NCBI GenBank assembly: GCA_945871065.1 | Contig: CAMBUL010000002.1 | Location: 15,758 to 79,757, forward strand | Reading direction: 5' to 3' | Origin: Chthoniobacter flavus | GTDB lineage: Bacteria; Verrucomicrobiota; Verrucomicrobiia; Chthoniobacterales; JACTMZ01 | Length of the DNA stretch: 64,000 nucleotides | Shown: piece after piece, positions 1 to 9,923 of the stretch | Numbering within the stretch: the stretch's first letter is position 1 | How the letters are laid out: the number at the start of each line of letters is the position of its first letter | Translations under genes and position numbers: made by a program | Notes under the pieces: generated by a model | Seen by the model: only the letters and a program-made list of their open reading frames with translations | Told to the model about the DNA's origin: nothing | Databases searched by the model: none

Positions 1-886
1 CATTTTCACCAACCTCAGCCAAGATCATCTCGACTACCATCAGACGATGGAGGCCTATTTCGCGGCCAAGCAGCGGCTGTTCGAACAACTGGCCACGCAG
101 CCCCACAAGCGCGGTACGGCGGTCATTAATATCGACGATCGCTACGGCCGCCGGCTTTTTGACCTCTGTGCCCAGCGCGTCAAGACCCTCACCTACGGCC
201 AATCGTCCGGTGCCATGTTCCGTGCCGCCGACCTGCGGACCGACCTGCAGGGCACGCAATTTTCACTGCATGCCGGTGGCCGCAGTTTTCTCGTACGCCT
301 TCCGCTCTACGGCTCGTTCAATGTCTACAACTCTTTGGCCGCCCTCGCCGCAATGCACGCCCTCGGGCACGATGTGCGCAAGTCGGTCGACGCGCTCAAG
401 GACGCACCCCAAGTTCCAGGACGGCTGGAGATGGTGCCCGGGCCAAAAATTTTCCGGGTCTTCGTCGATTACGCCCACACGCCGGATGCCCTGGAGAGTG
501 TCCTCCGCACGCTGCGGAGCCTCGAACCGGCGCGCCTCATCACCGTCTTCGGCTGCGGCGGGGATCGTGACCGGGCCAAACGAGGCCCGATGGGCCGGGC
601 CGCCGAGGACTCCTCCGACTGGTGCATTGTCACCTCCGACAACCCGCGGCGCGAAGATCCCGAGGCCATCTGCCGCGAGATCACATCCGCCTTGCGCGGG
701 AAAAATTACGAGGCAATCACCGATCGGCGGGCCGCTATCCGGCGCGCCGTGGCCATGGCCGGCCCCGGGGACATCGTGTTGATCGCCGGCAAGGGTCACG
801 AGGACTATCAGGAATTCGCGGATCGCAGGATCCCTTTCGATGATGTAGCCGAGGCATCGGCCGCAATCCGGGGGAGGGCTGCCTGA
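1..886 (+). CDS. murE: UDP-N-acetylmuramoyl-L-alanyl-D-glutamate--2,6-diaminopimelate ligase, C-terminal part (5' end outside window)
   Basis: Frame is open to the window edge. Mur ligase motifs NLSQDHLDYH, DYAHTPDAL, GCGGDRDRAKRG, DNPR. Lies directly upstream of murF. Confidence 0.9.
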   Translation, partial: IFTNLSQDHLDYHQTMEAYFAAKQRLFEQLATQPHKRGTAVINIDDRYGRRLFDLCAQRVKTLTYGQSSGAMFRAADLRTDLQGTQFSLHAGGRSFLVRLPLYGSFNVYNSLAALAAMHALGHDVRKSVDALKDAPQVPGRLEMVPGPKIFRVFVDYAHTPDALESVLRTLRSLEPARLITVFGCGGDRDRAKRGPMGRAAEDSSDWCIVTSDNPRREDPEAICREITSALRGKNYEAITDRRAAIRRAVAMAGPGDIVLIAGKGHEDYQEFADRRIPFDDVAEASAAIRGRAA

Positions 887-888
887 TT

Positions 889-2244
889 ATGGACGCGACC
901 GCTCTCCATGCTTTGGCCGCCGCCTGCGGTGGTGTTCTCCTCTGCGGCGATGGGACCACGACGGTAACGACGATCTGCAAGGACACCAGGACCCTGCAGT
1001 CGGGGGATCTTTATTGGGCTTTGGTCGGGGAAAATTTCGACGGCCATGACTTTGTTGGTGCCGCTGCGGCCTCCGGGGCTGCGGGTGCGGTCGTTTCGCG
1101 CTCGGTTTCCGGCCTCCCTGACACATTCCCGTTGATCCGGGTGGATGACACCCTTAGCGCCCTGCAGCAACTGGCTTCTTGGTATCGCGGACGGTTGAAA
1201 GCGCGCGTGATCTGCCTGACCGGGAGCAACGGCAAAACCAGCACCAAGGATTTTGCCGCTGCGGTGGCCGCAACGCGCTTTGCGGTGAACAAAACCGAGG
1301 GCAACCTGAACAATCACATCGGCCTGCCCCTGACCATCCTTTCGGCCACCACGCAGGATGAGGTCTGCGTCTGGGAAATTGGCATGAACCGCGCGGGGGA
1401 GATCGGGCCGCTGGCCCGTTTGGCTGGTCCGGCCATCGGGCTGATCACCAACATTGGGGTGGCCCACATCGAGTTCCTCGGCTCGCGCCAGGCGATCGCG
1501 CAGGAAAAAGGCATGCTTGGCGAGGTGCTTCCGGCCGATGCGGTGCTGATTTTGCCGGTTGCGGACGACTTCACCTCGTCGCTTGCCGCCCGGACCAAGG
1601 CGCGCGTCGTGCTAGCCGGAGGGCCGGAAGGTTTGCACGCCGAGAACTTACGTCCGTCTGCCTGCGGCCTCGATTTCGATTTCGTTTTGGGCCGCGAACG
1701 CGTGGCTGCGCATTTGCCGGTGACTGGCGAACACATGGTGCGCAATGCCTTGCTCGCCGTTTCGGCGGGACTCGAACTCGGACTCTCCTTGCGTGAATGC
1801 GCCTCGGGCTTGGCCGCGACCAAGTTGTCCGCTCGCCGTTTGGCCTGTCTTGATATCCGTGGGGTGACCGTCCTCGACGACAGCTACAACGCGAATCCGG
1901 ACTCGATGGACGCCGCGCTGCACGCCCTGCGCGGCTTGCCCGGTCCGGGGCGCCGTTTTGCCGTGCTCGGGCGGATGGGTGAACTCGGCGCTTACGCCGA
2001 CGAGGGATACCGCCGCGTCGGCCGCACCGTGGGCGCGACGATGGATGTGCTCATCGCGGTGGGTCCGGAGACTGCGCCGATGGCCGAGGAAGCGGAGAAA
2101 GCAGGGACCAAAGATGTGCGGCGGGCCGCGACTACCAATGAAGCGGCGAGTTTTTTGCGCGAATTGGCGCGGCCGGGTGATGCGGTGGTGATCAAAGGAA
2201 GCCGTGCCGCCCGCATGGAACGCGTCCTGGAGGATTTTTCCTGA
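889..2244 (+). CDS. murF: UDP-N-acetylmuramoyl-tripeptide--D-alanyl-D-alanine ligase
   Basis: 451-aa Mur ligase with P-loop GSNGKTSTK and DDSYNANP. Sits between murE and mraY. Confidence 0.92.
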   Translation: MDATALHALAAACGGVLLCGDGTTTVTTICKDTRTLQSGDLYWALVGENFDGHDFVGAAAASGAAGAVVSRSVSGLPDTFPLIRVDDTLSALQQLASWYRGRLKARVICLTGSNGKTSTKDFAAAVAATRFAVNKTEGNLNNHIGLPLTILSATTQDEVCVWEIGMNRAGEIGPLARLAGPAIGLITNIGVAHIEFLGSRQAIAQEKGMLGEVLPADAVLILPVADDFTSSLAARTKARVVLAGGPEGLHAENLRPSACGLDFDFVLGRERVAAHLPVTGEHMVRNALLAVSAGLELGLSLRECASGLAATKLSARRLACLDIRGVTVLDDSYNANPDSMDAALHALRGLPGPGRRFAVLGRMGELGAYADEGYRRVGRTVGATMDVLIAVGPETAPMAEEAEKAGTKDVRRAATTNEAASFLRELARPGDAVVIKGSRAARMERVLEDFS

Positions 2245-3368
2245 TGCTTTACTACCTCCACTTGTTGTCCGAATACGGCAAGAACCTCGACGCCGAGATT
2301 TTCAAAGCGTTCAACGTTTTCCAATATATCACGTTCCGCGCCGTGGCGGCCGGGGTCACCGCATTCGTCCTCAGTCTGATCTTCGGCAACTGGGTGATCC
2401 GTCATCTCATCTCGCTCAAGCTCGGCCAGCCGATCCGCTCCCAGGAAGAAGTGCACCGCTTGCACGAATTGCACGGCAGCAAAGCGGGGACCCCGACGAT
2501 GGGTGGTGTCCTTTTGCTCGGTGCCCTACTCATTTCCGTCTTGCTCTGGGCCCGGCCGACCAATCCGCTGGTCTGGCTCGCCATTTTTTCCGTCGTCTAT
2601 CTGGGGGCACTCGGCTTCGTTGACGATTACCTCAAGGTGACCAAAAAGTCTTCGGACGGCATTAGCAGCCGGTTGAAATTTGCCCTGCAATCCCTGCTCG
2701 CCGGGCTGATCACCGCCTTCTTCGTCTGGGACCCCGCGCTCAGTGCGCATGCCTCGCAGCTCTACGTGCCGTTCTCCAAGGAGCCCATCATCCAGAACCT
2801 CGGGATCTTCACCTTTGTCCTTTATCTTCTGGTCATCGTCGGTTCATCCAACGCGGTCAACCTGACCGACGGACTTGATGGTCTGGCGGCTGGCTGCACG
2901 GCCACGGTGGCCTTCGGTTTTGCCGTGCTGACCTATGCCGCGGGCAACATCAAGATCGCGCAATACCTGCAAATTCCGTTTGTCCAGTTCTCCGGGGAGC
3001 TGGCCGTGGTCTGTCTCGCCTTGGTCGGTGCAGCGCTCGGATTCCTCTGGTGGAATTGCCACCCGGCCCGCGTTTTCATGGGTGACACCGGCTCGCTCGC
3101 CATCGGTGGTTTGCTCGGCGTGGTTGCCATTTCCGCCAAGCAGGAGTTACTCCTCGCATTGATCGGGGGCGTCTTCGTGCTCGAAGCCGGCTCGGTTATC
3201 CTGCAGGTCGCAAGCTTCAAGACCACCGGCAAGCGCATCTTCAAGATGTCTCCCTTGCATCATCATTTCGAACTGAGTGGCTGGAAAGAAGGCACGGTCA
3301 TTGTGCGCTTCTGGATCCTCTCCGTCATTTTCGCCCTTCTCGGGCTGGCCACTTTGAAACTGCGGTGA
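2244..3368 (+). CDS. mraY: phospho-N-acetylmuramoyl-pentapeptide transferase
   Basis: Polytopic 374-aa protein with NAVNLTDGLDGLA, MGDTGSLAIGG, LHHHFE. Start overlaps the murF stop (TGATG). Confidence 0.95.
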   Translation: MLYYLHLLSEYGKNLDAEIFKAFNVFQYITFRAVAAGVTAFVLSLIFGNWVIRHLISLKLGQPIRSQEEVHRLHELHGSKAGTPTMGGVLLLGALLISVLLWARPTNPLVWLAIFSVVYLGALGFVDDYLKVTKKSSDGISSRLKFALQSLLAGLITAFFVWDPALSAHASQLYVPFSKEPIIQNLGIFTFVLYLLVIVGSSNAVNLTDGLDGLAAGCTATVAFGFAVLTYAAGNIKIAQYLQIPFVQFSGELAVVCLALVGAALGFLWWNCHPARVFMGDTGSLAIGGLLGVVAISAKQELLLALIGGVFVLEAGSVILQVASFKTTGKRIFKMSPLHHHFELSGWKEGTVIVRFWILSVIFALLGLATLKLR

Positions 3369-4717
3369 TTGCCATGGACTACACGGGAAAACATGCCGCC
3401 GTGCTCGGCCTCGGCCGGAGCGGCGAGGCGGCCGCGCGGCTCCTCTTGGCGAACGGCGCCTCGGTCACCGTACTCGATTCCGGGGATCCCGCCCCGCGGC
3501 GAGAAGCCGCCGAAACACTTTCCTCGCGTGGCGCACGCGTCGTCTTGGGGAATGACGCGTTGCGCTGCGTGCAGGAGTTTGACTTCGCGGTGCTGAGCCC
3601 CGGGATTGATCCTGTGGTGCCGCTCGCGCGCCGGCCGGTTGAGGCCGGTATCCCTCTCCTCGGCGAAATTGAACTGGCCTTCCGTAGTTGCCTCTGCCCC
3701 GTGGTGGCGGTGACCGGCACGAACGGCAAGACGACCACGACCGGTCTGATTGCCGCGCTGCTCGATGCGGCCGGAATCAAAGCCGAGGCCTGCGGTAATA
3801 TCGGGCTGCCTTTCAGCGAGGTGGCCGCGCGAAGCGGTTCGCTTGATGCCGCGGTCGTTGAAATCAGCTCTTTCCAGTTGGAAACAACGGATGTTTTCCG
3901 TCCCCGGGTAGCGGTCTGGACCAACTTCAGCGCAAACCATCTCGACCGCTACCCGGACTTGGCTTCCTACCGTGCCGCGAAACTGCGTATTTTCGACCGC
4001 CAGAAGGCGGAAGATTTTGCCGTGGTCAACGCGCGCGCGGAGTTGCCGGCCCTGCGCGCCCAGCGCGTGACTTTCAGCGCCGTGCCCGGGGTGGAGGCGG
4101 ACTTCACCCTCGGCGCCGGGGACAGGATTTTTCATCATGGAGAGCCGGTTTTAGCCATGTCTGAAACCCGCTTGCGCGGGCCGCACAATGCGGAGAATCT
4201 CATGGCCGCGCTAGGGGCCGGTCTTTGCCTCGGCGCCGGAATGGAAGCGATGCTTCCCGCTGCGCGCGCTTATGTTCCCCTCCCGCACCGTGGTGAATTT
4301 GTCCGGGATACCGGTGGCGTTACCTGGATCAATGACTCGAAGTCGACCAACCTCGATGCGCTCTCCCAAGCATTGCGCGGCCAGAGCGGCGGAGTGGTGC
4401 TGATCGCGGGCGGCAAAAACAAGGGCTTTGGCTTCGCGCCGGTTGCCGGTCTGGTCAAAGATCGCGTCCACGACGCCGTGCTCATCGGTGAAATGCGCGA
4501 GTCCATCGCCCGCGACTGGGCACAGGTCACGTCCTGCCATCCGGCTGACTCCCTCAATGAGGCGGTGGCCAAAGCGCGCGCCTTGGCCCGTCCGGGCGAC
4601 ACGGTCCTTTTCTCCCCGGGCACATCCTCTTTTGACATGTTCCGCAGCTACGAGGAACGCGGGAATATTTTCAAACAACTGACCCAAATGATCCAACCAA
4701 CCAACCACATATCATGA
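3365..4717 (+). CDS. murD: UDP-N-acetylmuramoylalanine--D-glutamate ligase
   Basis: GLGRSGEAAARLL Rossmann start, GTNGKTTT P-loop, NDSKSTN. GTG 3365 overlaps the mraY stop; ATG 3374 is an alternative start. Confidence 0.92.
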   Translation: MIAMDYTGKHAAVLGLGRSGEAAARLLLANGASVTVLDSGDPAPRREAAETLSSRGARVVLGNDALRCVQEFDFAVLSPGIDPVVPLARRPVEAGIPLLGEIELAFRSCLCPVVAVTGTNGKTTTTGLIAALLDAAGIKAEACGNIGLPFSEVAARSGSLDAAVVEISSFQLETTDVFRPRVAVWTNFSANHLDRYPDLASYRAAKLRIFDRQKAEDFAVVNARAELPALRAQRVTFSAVPGVEADFTLGAGDRIFHHGEPVLAMSETRLRGPHNAENLMAALGAGLCLGAGMEAMLPAARAYVPLPHRGEFVRDTGGVTWINDSKSTNLDALSQALRGQSGGVVLIAGGKNKGFGFAPVAGLVKDRVHDAVLIGEMRESIARDWAQVTSCHPADSLNEAVAKARALARPGDTVLFSPGTSSFDMFRSYEERGNIFKQLTQMIQPTNHIS

Positions 4718-5400
4718 AAATCCCATTGTTCAGCAAACTGACGGCAAAATCGCACGGGCGCAAAGTGGTGCGAGCCTCGGCCCGCGCCATGCGCGGGGGC
4801 GAAGAGGAGTATTACGAGGCGGAGCCCAACATGAAACTTTCCCACGCTTTCATGGTCGTGCTCATCCTCCACGTCGTTGCGGTAGGCGGTATCTACGCCT
4901 TCAACCACATCAAGGTGAACAAAAACCCCGATTTGATCGCCAACCTTTCCGGCCGGTTCGCGAAGGCCACGGGGGTTGCCTCGTCGACGGTTGTGCCCGC
5001 TCCCCCCGCTCCCCCGCAGCGCCAACCCGGAGATGCGGACGAGCCTTTACCCATGATTGGCTCTGACGTGCCGGTGGCAGCTACGGCGGCTTCCGTCGCG
5101 ACGACGAAACCGGTGGCTCCTCTCGCGGCCTCCTCCGCGGTGGCACCGGCCGTGACCCAGACTTCGCCGCCCAAAGCTGCGGTGGCGAGCAAAGCAGCGC
5201 CGAAATCTGCCCCCGTCCCCGTGGTGGCGACCACTGCGGCCGCAGCGGGCACTTACAAGGTGGAAAAAGGTGACAATCCCTACAAGATTGCCAAGAAACT
5301 CGGCGTGACCTCCCAAGACTTGCTCAAGGTCAACAGCATCGAGGACCCGACCAAGCTGCAGATTGGCCAGGTCCTCAAGGTCCCGGCCAAAGCAAACTGA
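4714..5400 (+). CDS. LysM-domain membrane protein (single TM, Ala/Pro-rich linker, C-terminal LysM)
   Basis: TM segment AFMVVLILHVVAVGGIYAF and low-complexity A/P/V linker. LysM-like tail is YKVEKGDNPYKIAKKLGVTSQDLLKVNSIEDPTKLQIGQVLKVP. ATGA overlap with the murD stop. Confidence 0.8.
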   Translation: MKIPLFSKLTAKSHGRKVVRASARAMRGGEEEYYEAEPNMKLSHAFMVVLILHVVAVGGIYAFNHIKVNKNPDLIANLSGRFAKATGVASSTVVPAPPAPPQRQPGDADEPLPMIGSDVPVAATAASVATTKPVAPLAASSAVAPAVTQTSPPKAAVASKAAPKSAPVPVVATTAAAAGTYKVEKGDNPYKIAKKLGVTSQDLLKVNSIEDPTKLQIGQVLKVPAKAN

Positions 5401-5410
5401 AAAACGGTCC

Positions 5411-6553
5411 ATGCGCCGCCGCACGGGCTACATCCTGATCCTTTCCATGGGGAGTCTTCTCGCCATCGGAATCGTCATGCTTTTCAGCACGGGGGCTTTT
5501 GCCCACGACAGCCGGGGTGACATGTATTTCTTCGTCAAACGCCAGTTGATGTGGCTGGTCATCGGCGGGACGGCATTGGTGGCCGCTGCCATGCTCGATT
5601 ACCGCTTATGGGCGCGTTGGTGGCCGTGGGTTTATGGAGCGGCTGCCGTCATGCTCGTCCTCTGCTTTGTGCCTCCGGTCGGGATGAAGGTCAATGGTGC
5701 CTGGCGCTGGGTCAATCTGGGTTTCGCCAGCTTCCAGCCGAGCGAACTGGGCAAGATCGCCGTGCTCTTTTTCCTCGCCTCGTGGTATGAGCGCCATGAA
5801 GAACAGGCGTCGGAATTCTGGCGCGGCTTTGTCCTCCCTCTCGCCGCGGCAGGCGTCATCATGGCTCTCATCGTGGTCGAGGTGGACCTCGGAGCGACGG
5901 CGCTGATTGGTACGACGGCGCTGGCCATGGCATTCGTGGCCGGGGCCGGTTTGCGCTGGCTGCTGCCTTTAATCGGCGCCGGGGTGGCCGTGCTCTGCGT
6001 GGCTGCTTTCCATATCGAGGAGCGTTTTGGACGAATCATCGCGTTTCTCGATCCGGAAAAATACAAGCTGGGCGAGGGGTTGCAGCAATGGCAGGCCCTC
6101 CTCGCTTTCGGAGCCGGGGGCGTGGACGGTTTGGGGCTGGGTAATGGACGGCAGAAAATGCTCTACCTGCCGTATGCCCACACCGATTTTATTTTTCCCA
6201 TGATCGGGGAGGAACTCGGGCTGCGATTCACCCTGCTGACTGTTTTTTGCTTTCTGCTCATCCTTTTGGCCGGGGTCCTGATTGCCATGAATGCCAAAGA
6301 CCGCTTCGGCATGCTTCTCGGCTTCGGCATCACCATCATCATCACGCTGCAGGCGGCCATTAATATCGGGGTAACTACCTCGCTCCTGCCGAACAAAGGC
6401 ATGCCCCTGCCTTTTATCAGTTACGGTGGCAGCAATCTCGCGGTGTCGATGTTGCTCGTCGGCATCCTCGTCAACATCCACCGCCAAGGACGCCGCGAAC
6501 CGAAACGTCGTTCGCGCGTCGTCCCCGCAACCAGCCTCGCGGTCCGCTTCTGA
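5411..6553 (+). CDS. ftsW: SEDS-family peptidoglycan glycosyltransferase FtsW
   Basis: Motifs FQPSELGK, AHTDFIFPMIGEELG, LLPNKGMPLPFISYGGSN. ATG 5411 preferred over ORF start 5363, which overlaps the preceding gene. Confidence 0.9.
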   Translation: MRRRTGYILILSMGSLLAIGIVMLFSTGAFAHDSRGDMYFFVKRQLMWLVIGGTALVAAAMLDYRLWARWWPWVYGAAAVMLVLCFVPPVGMKVNGAWRWVNLGFASFQPSELGKIAVLFFLASWYERHEEQASEFWRGFVLPLAAAGVIMALIVVEVDLGATALIGTTALAMAFVAGAGLRWLLPLIGAGVAVLCVAAFHIEERFGRIIAFLDPEKYKLGEGLQQWQALLAFGAGGVDGLGLGNGRQKMLYLPYAHTDFIFPMIGEELGLRFTLLTVFCFLLILLAGVLIAMNAKDRFGMLLGFGITIIITLQAAINIGVTTSLLPNKGMPLPFISYGGSNLAVSMLLVGILVNIHRQGRREPKRRSRVVPATSLAVRF

Positions 6554-6555
6554 TT

Positions 6556-7644
6556 ATGAAATTTGCCATCGCATGCGGAGGCACGGGAGGGCACCTCTTT
6601 CCAGGTTTGGCGGTGGCGGAAGTCCTGCGTGGCCAAGGCCACGAGGTTCTACTTTTTGTTTCGGAGAAGGAGATCGATGCCCGCGCCCTGCGGGCCCATC
6701 CCGATCTGCCGCGCCAGAAGCTTCCGTCGATCGGCCTGCCTGCCATCTTTTCTCCCGCGATGGTCACTTTCCTGCGCCGCCTGCGTTCCAGTCTCAAGTC
6801 CTGCGGCTCCTCGTATGATACGGACCGCCCCGACGCGGTTCTGGGCATGGGTGGGTTCACCAGCATTGCCCCGCTTATTGCGGCCCGCCGCCGCGGAATA
6901 CCTGCTTTTTTGCACGAATCGAACGCCATTCCCGGCAAGGCAAACCGCCTGGCTGCCCGATTTTGTCGCTCCGTGCTGCTCGGCTTCGACGATTGTGCGC
7001 GTCATTTTTCGAAAAGCACGACCCGGGTCACAGGGACGCCAATTCGCCGGGAATTGGCCGAAGGCGCGCCAGCGCGCGCCGAAGCACGGAGTGCGCTTGG
7101 CCTCGAGCCGGAGCGGACGACGCTCCTCGTCATGGGTGGAAGCCAGGGGGCGGCCGGAATCAATGCCCTGATGGCGCAAGCCGCGTCCCATTTACCCGCC
7201 GCTGCCTTGCAGGTCGTACATCTGGCCGGGGATCGTGATGTCGAGACCGTGCGGTCTGCTTATGCGACTGCGGGAGTGCCTGCGGTGGTGCTCCCCTTTT
7301 GCGACCGCATGCAGGAAGTTTATCCCGCCGCCGATCTGGCTATCTCCCGCTCGGGCGCCGCCAGTCTCGGAGAATTGTCATGGTTCGGTCTTCCCTCGGT
7401 GCTTATTCCCTTCCCTTATGCCGCCGAAGATCACCAAAGGTTGAATGCGGAGATTTTTACCCGCGCCGGCGCGGCAAAGTTGCTGGCCGAGCCGGAGGCA
7501 ACGGGCGAAAGCCTGTTCCGTCTCGTAATCTCTTTGCTGGAATCACCGGAGACTTTGGCCGCCATGGCCACTGCGGCTAGGGCGCTGGCTCCGCGGGATG
7601 CGGCGGCGCGGGTGGCCGCGGTTTTGACGGAAGTAAAGTCATGA
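6556..7644 (+). CDS. murG: undecaprenyldiphospho-muramoylpentapeptide beta-N-acetylglucosaminyltransferase
   Basis: GGTGGHLFPGLAVAE, MGGSQGA, SRSGAASLGEL. dcw position between ftsW and murC. Confidence 0.93.
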   Translation: MKFAIACGGTGGHLFPGLAVAEVLRGQGHEVLLFVSEKEIDARALRAHPDLPRQKLPSIGLPAIFSPAMVTFLRRLRSSLKSCGSSYDTDRPDAVLGMGGFTSIAPLIAARRRGIPAFLHESNAIPGKANRLAARFCRSVLLGFDDCARHFSKSTTRVTGTPIRRELAEGAPARAEARSALGLEPERTTLLVMGGSQGAAGINALMAQAASHLPAAALQVVHLAGDRDVETVRSAYATAGVPAVVLPFCDRMQEVYPAADLAISRSGAASLGELSWFGLPSVLIPFPYAAEDHQRLNAEIFTRAGAAKLLAEPEATGESLFRLVISLLESPETLAAMATAARALAPRDAAARVAAVLTEVKS

Positions 7645-9923
7645 CGACAAAGGAACTGGCCGATTTGCTCCATGGCGCGCCGCGGCGGATTCACCTCATC
7701 GGGGTGGCGGGCTCGGGCATGAGCGGCATCGCCGCACTTTTACTCGCCCTCGGCCACCGGGTCAGCGGGTCGGACAAGGTGGACACCGTCGAAGTGAAGC
7801 GTTTGCAGTCCCTCGGTCTTGATTTTCACACTCCGCAGCGGGCCGCCGACGTGGTCGAGGCGCAGTTGGTCGTCTATTCCTCGGCGATCCGCGAAGGCAA
7901 TGCGGCCTTCGCTGCGGCGCGGAGTCTGGGCAAACCCATGGTGAGACGCGCGGAGGCGCTGGCTGCGCTCATGCTGGGAAAAAAGGGGATTCTGGTGGCC
8001 GGTATGCACGGGAAAACAACCGTCTCGGCCATGACCGCGCATGTGTTGCGTGCCGCGGGGGGGCACCCTTCGCACTATGTTGGTGCGGAAATCCCGATTC
8101 TCGGCACGAACGCTCGCTGGGACGACGGCGGCGAGTATTTCGTGGCCGAGGGTGACGAAAGCGACGGCACGATCGTCCTTTACCATCCGGAACACGTCAT
8201 CGTGCTCAACATCGAGCCCGAGCATCTCGACCACTATGCCGATCTGGCGGCGATCGACGCGGCTTTCGGTCAATTGCTCGACCAGACGACCGGAAAAATT
8301 TTCTATTGTGCCGACGATGCCGGGGCGACGCGGATGTGTGCGGGGCGCCCTCAGGTTGTTTCTTATGGAAAGACCGGGACTTATACTTGCACCGACATCC
8401 AGCCCGCGGGATTTGCCTCGACCTTTTCTTTCCGCCGGGAGGGCCAAGAACTTGCTCGGGTCACCCTCAATGTTCCGGGGGAGCATAATGTGGTCAATGC
8501 GACCGCGGTATTGGCCCTCGCCGCTGAATTGGGATTCGACATGACCAAATGTGCTGCCGCGTTGCAAAGCTTCCGCGGTGCGCGCCGGCGTTTTGAAGTT
8601 CTCCATTTTTCGGACCGCCATTTGCTCGTCGACGACTACGGGCACCACCCGAGCGAGATAGCCGCGGTGATCCGCACCGCACGTGACACGTGTCGCGGCC
8701 GCGTGCTTTTGCTTTTCCAACCTCACCGTTACACGCGCACGCAGGCACTGAAAGACGATTTCGGGCATGTTTTGGCCGTGGCCGATGCGGTTGTCGTGAC
8801 TGAAATTTACCCGGCCGGCGAGGATCCTGTTCCCGGTGTAACTGGCCGGTTGATTGCCGATGCGGCCAGTACGGCCGGTTGTGCCCACGCCGTTTATATC
8901 CCTTCGAGGGAGGAAGCCGGACGTGAGGCCGGGCGACTGCTCCGTCCGGGAGATTTGCTCGTCACGCTCGGGGCGGGGAATATTCACGAGCAAGGTGCGG
9001 TTCTGGCCGAGGACCTGCTGACTTTGGACAAGCTGAGCAGCGTGATGGGTCCGGGGGTGGCGCGTCTTTATGAGCCACTGTCCAAGCACACCACCATGCG
9101 GGTGGGCGGACCCGCACAATTCTGGCTCGAGCCCGAGACGGAAGAGGGATTTTGTGACTTGGTGCGGGCCTCCCAGGAAGCCGGTCTTCCTTTTATGGTC
9201 ATCGGCCGCGGATCGAATCTTATCGTCCGGGATGGCGGTCTGCGCGGCGCTGTCGTCCGACTCCGACGCGGCGTGTTCGGCGATTTTTCCGTCGAGGGTT
9301 CGTCGATCCGGGCCGGAGTCGGTGTGCGCCTCAAGGCGCTGAGCGGCGCGGCGGCCACGGCCGGCGTCTGTGGTTTTGAGTGGATGGAAGGGATTCCGGG
9401 CGATGTGGGCGGATGCCTGCGCATGAATGCGGGCGCCATGGGGGTCGAAGCCTTCGATCAGGTCGAACGGCTTCGCTATGCCGATCACGAGGGCAATATC
9501 TTCGAAAAATCACCGCGCGATTTGGAAGTCCACTACCGTAGCGTGCCAGTTTTGCTCAAGAATTATGCGCTGTCCGCAGTATTCCGCGGCGAACCGTCGA
9601 CGCCGGAGGAAGTCGAGCGGCGGACGCGCGATTACGCGACAAAGCGCAAATCCTCGCAGCCGGTCGGAGCGAGTGCCGGCTGTATTTTCCGCAATCCGGA
9701 AAGCGGCAAAGCCGGCCAGTTGATCGATGCCTCCGGCCTTAAGGAGGCGCGCGTCGGTGCGGCGCGAGTGTCCGGAGTCCATGCCAACTTCATTCTCAAC
9801 GAGGGGGGGGCAACTGCTTCCGAGGTGCTTGAGCTTGTCGAACATGTGCGCGCCGAGGTTCTCAAGAAGCAGGGCGTGCGCCTCGAAACCGAGGTGCAAA
9901 TTCTCGGGGAGGAGGCCTCATGA
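7641..9923 (+). CDS. murC-murB: bifunctional MurC (UDP-N-acetylmuramate--L-alanine ligase) / MurB (UDP-N-acetylenolpyruvoylglucosamine reductase) fusion
   Basis: Single 760-aa ORF. N-terminal half has GVAGSGMSGIAALL, GMHGKTT, DDYGHHPSE (MurC). C-terminal ~300 aa has HTTMRVGGPAQFW, GRGSNLIVRDGG, AGCIFRNP (MurB). Confidence 0.9.
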   Translation: MTTKELADLLHGAPRRIHLIGVAGSGMSGIAALLLALGHRVSGSDKVDTVEVKRLQSLGLDFHTPQRAADVVEAQLVVYSSAIREGNAAFAAARSLGKPMVRRAEALAALMLGKKGILVAGMHGKTTVSAMTAHVLRAAGGHPSHYVGAEIPILGTNARWDDGGEYFVAEGDESDGTIVLYHPEHVIVLNIEPEHLDHYADLAAIDAAFGQLLDQTTGKIFYCADDAGATRMCAGRPQVVSYGKTGTYTCTDIQPAGFASTFSFRREGQELARVTLNVPGEHNVVNATAVLALAAELGFDMTKCAAALQSFRGARRRFEVLHFSDRHLLVDDYGHHPSEIAAVIRTARDTCRGRVLLLFQPHRYTRTQALKDDFGHVLAVADAVVVTEIYPAGEDPVPGVTGRLIADAASTAGCAHAVYIPSREEAGREAGRLLRPGDLLVTLGAGNIHEQGAVLAEDLLTLDKLSSVMGPGVARLYEPLSKHTTMRVGGPAQFWLEPETEEGFCDLVRASQEAGLPFMVIGRGSNLIVRDGGLRGAVVRLRRGVFGDFSVEGSSIRAGVGVRLKALSGAAATAGVCGFEWMEGIPGDVGGCLRMNAGAMGVEAFDQVERLRYADHEGNIFEKSPRDLEVHYRSVPVLLKNYALSAVFRGEPSTPEEVERRTRDYATKRKSSQPVGASAGCIFRNPESGKAGQLIDASGLKEARVGAARVSGVHANFILNEGGATASEVLELVEHVRAEVLKKQGVRLETEVQILGEEAS

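Noticed and set aside
7740-9488. 582-aa ORF antisense to murC-murB
   Set aside because: It is Arg/Gly/Pro-rich and low in complexity with no motifs. It is a mirror ORF typical of high-GC DNA, and the sense strand carries unambiguous MurC and MurB motifs.
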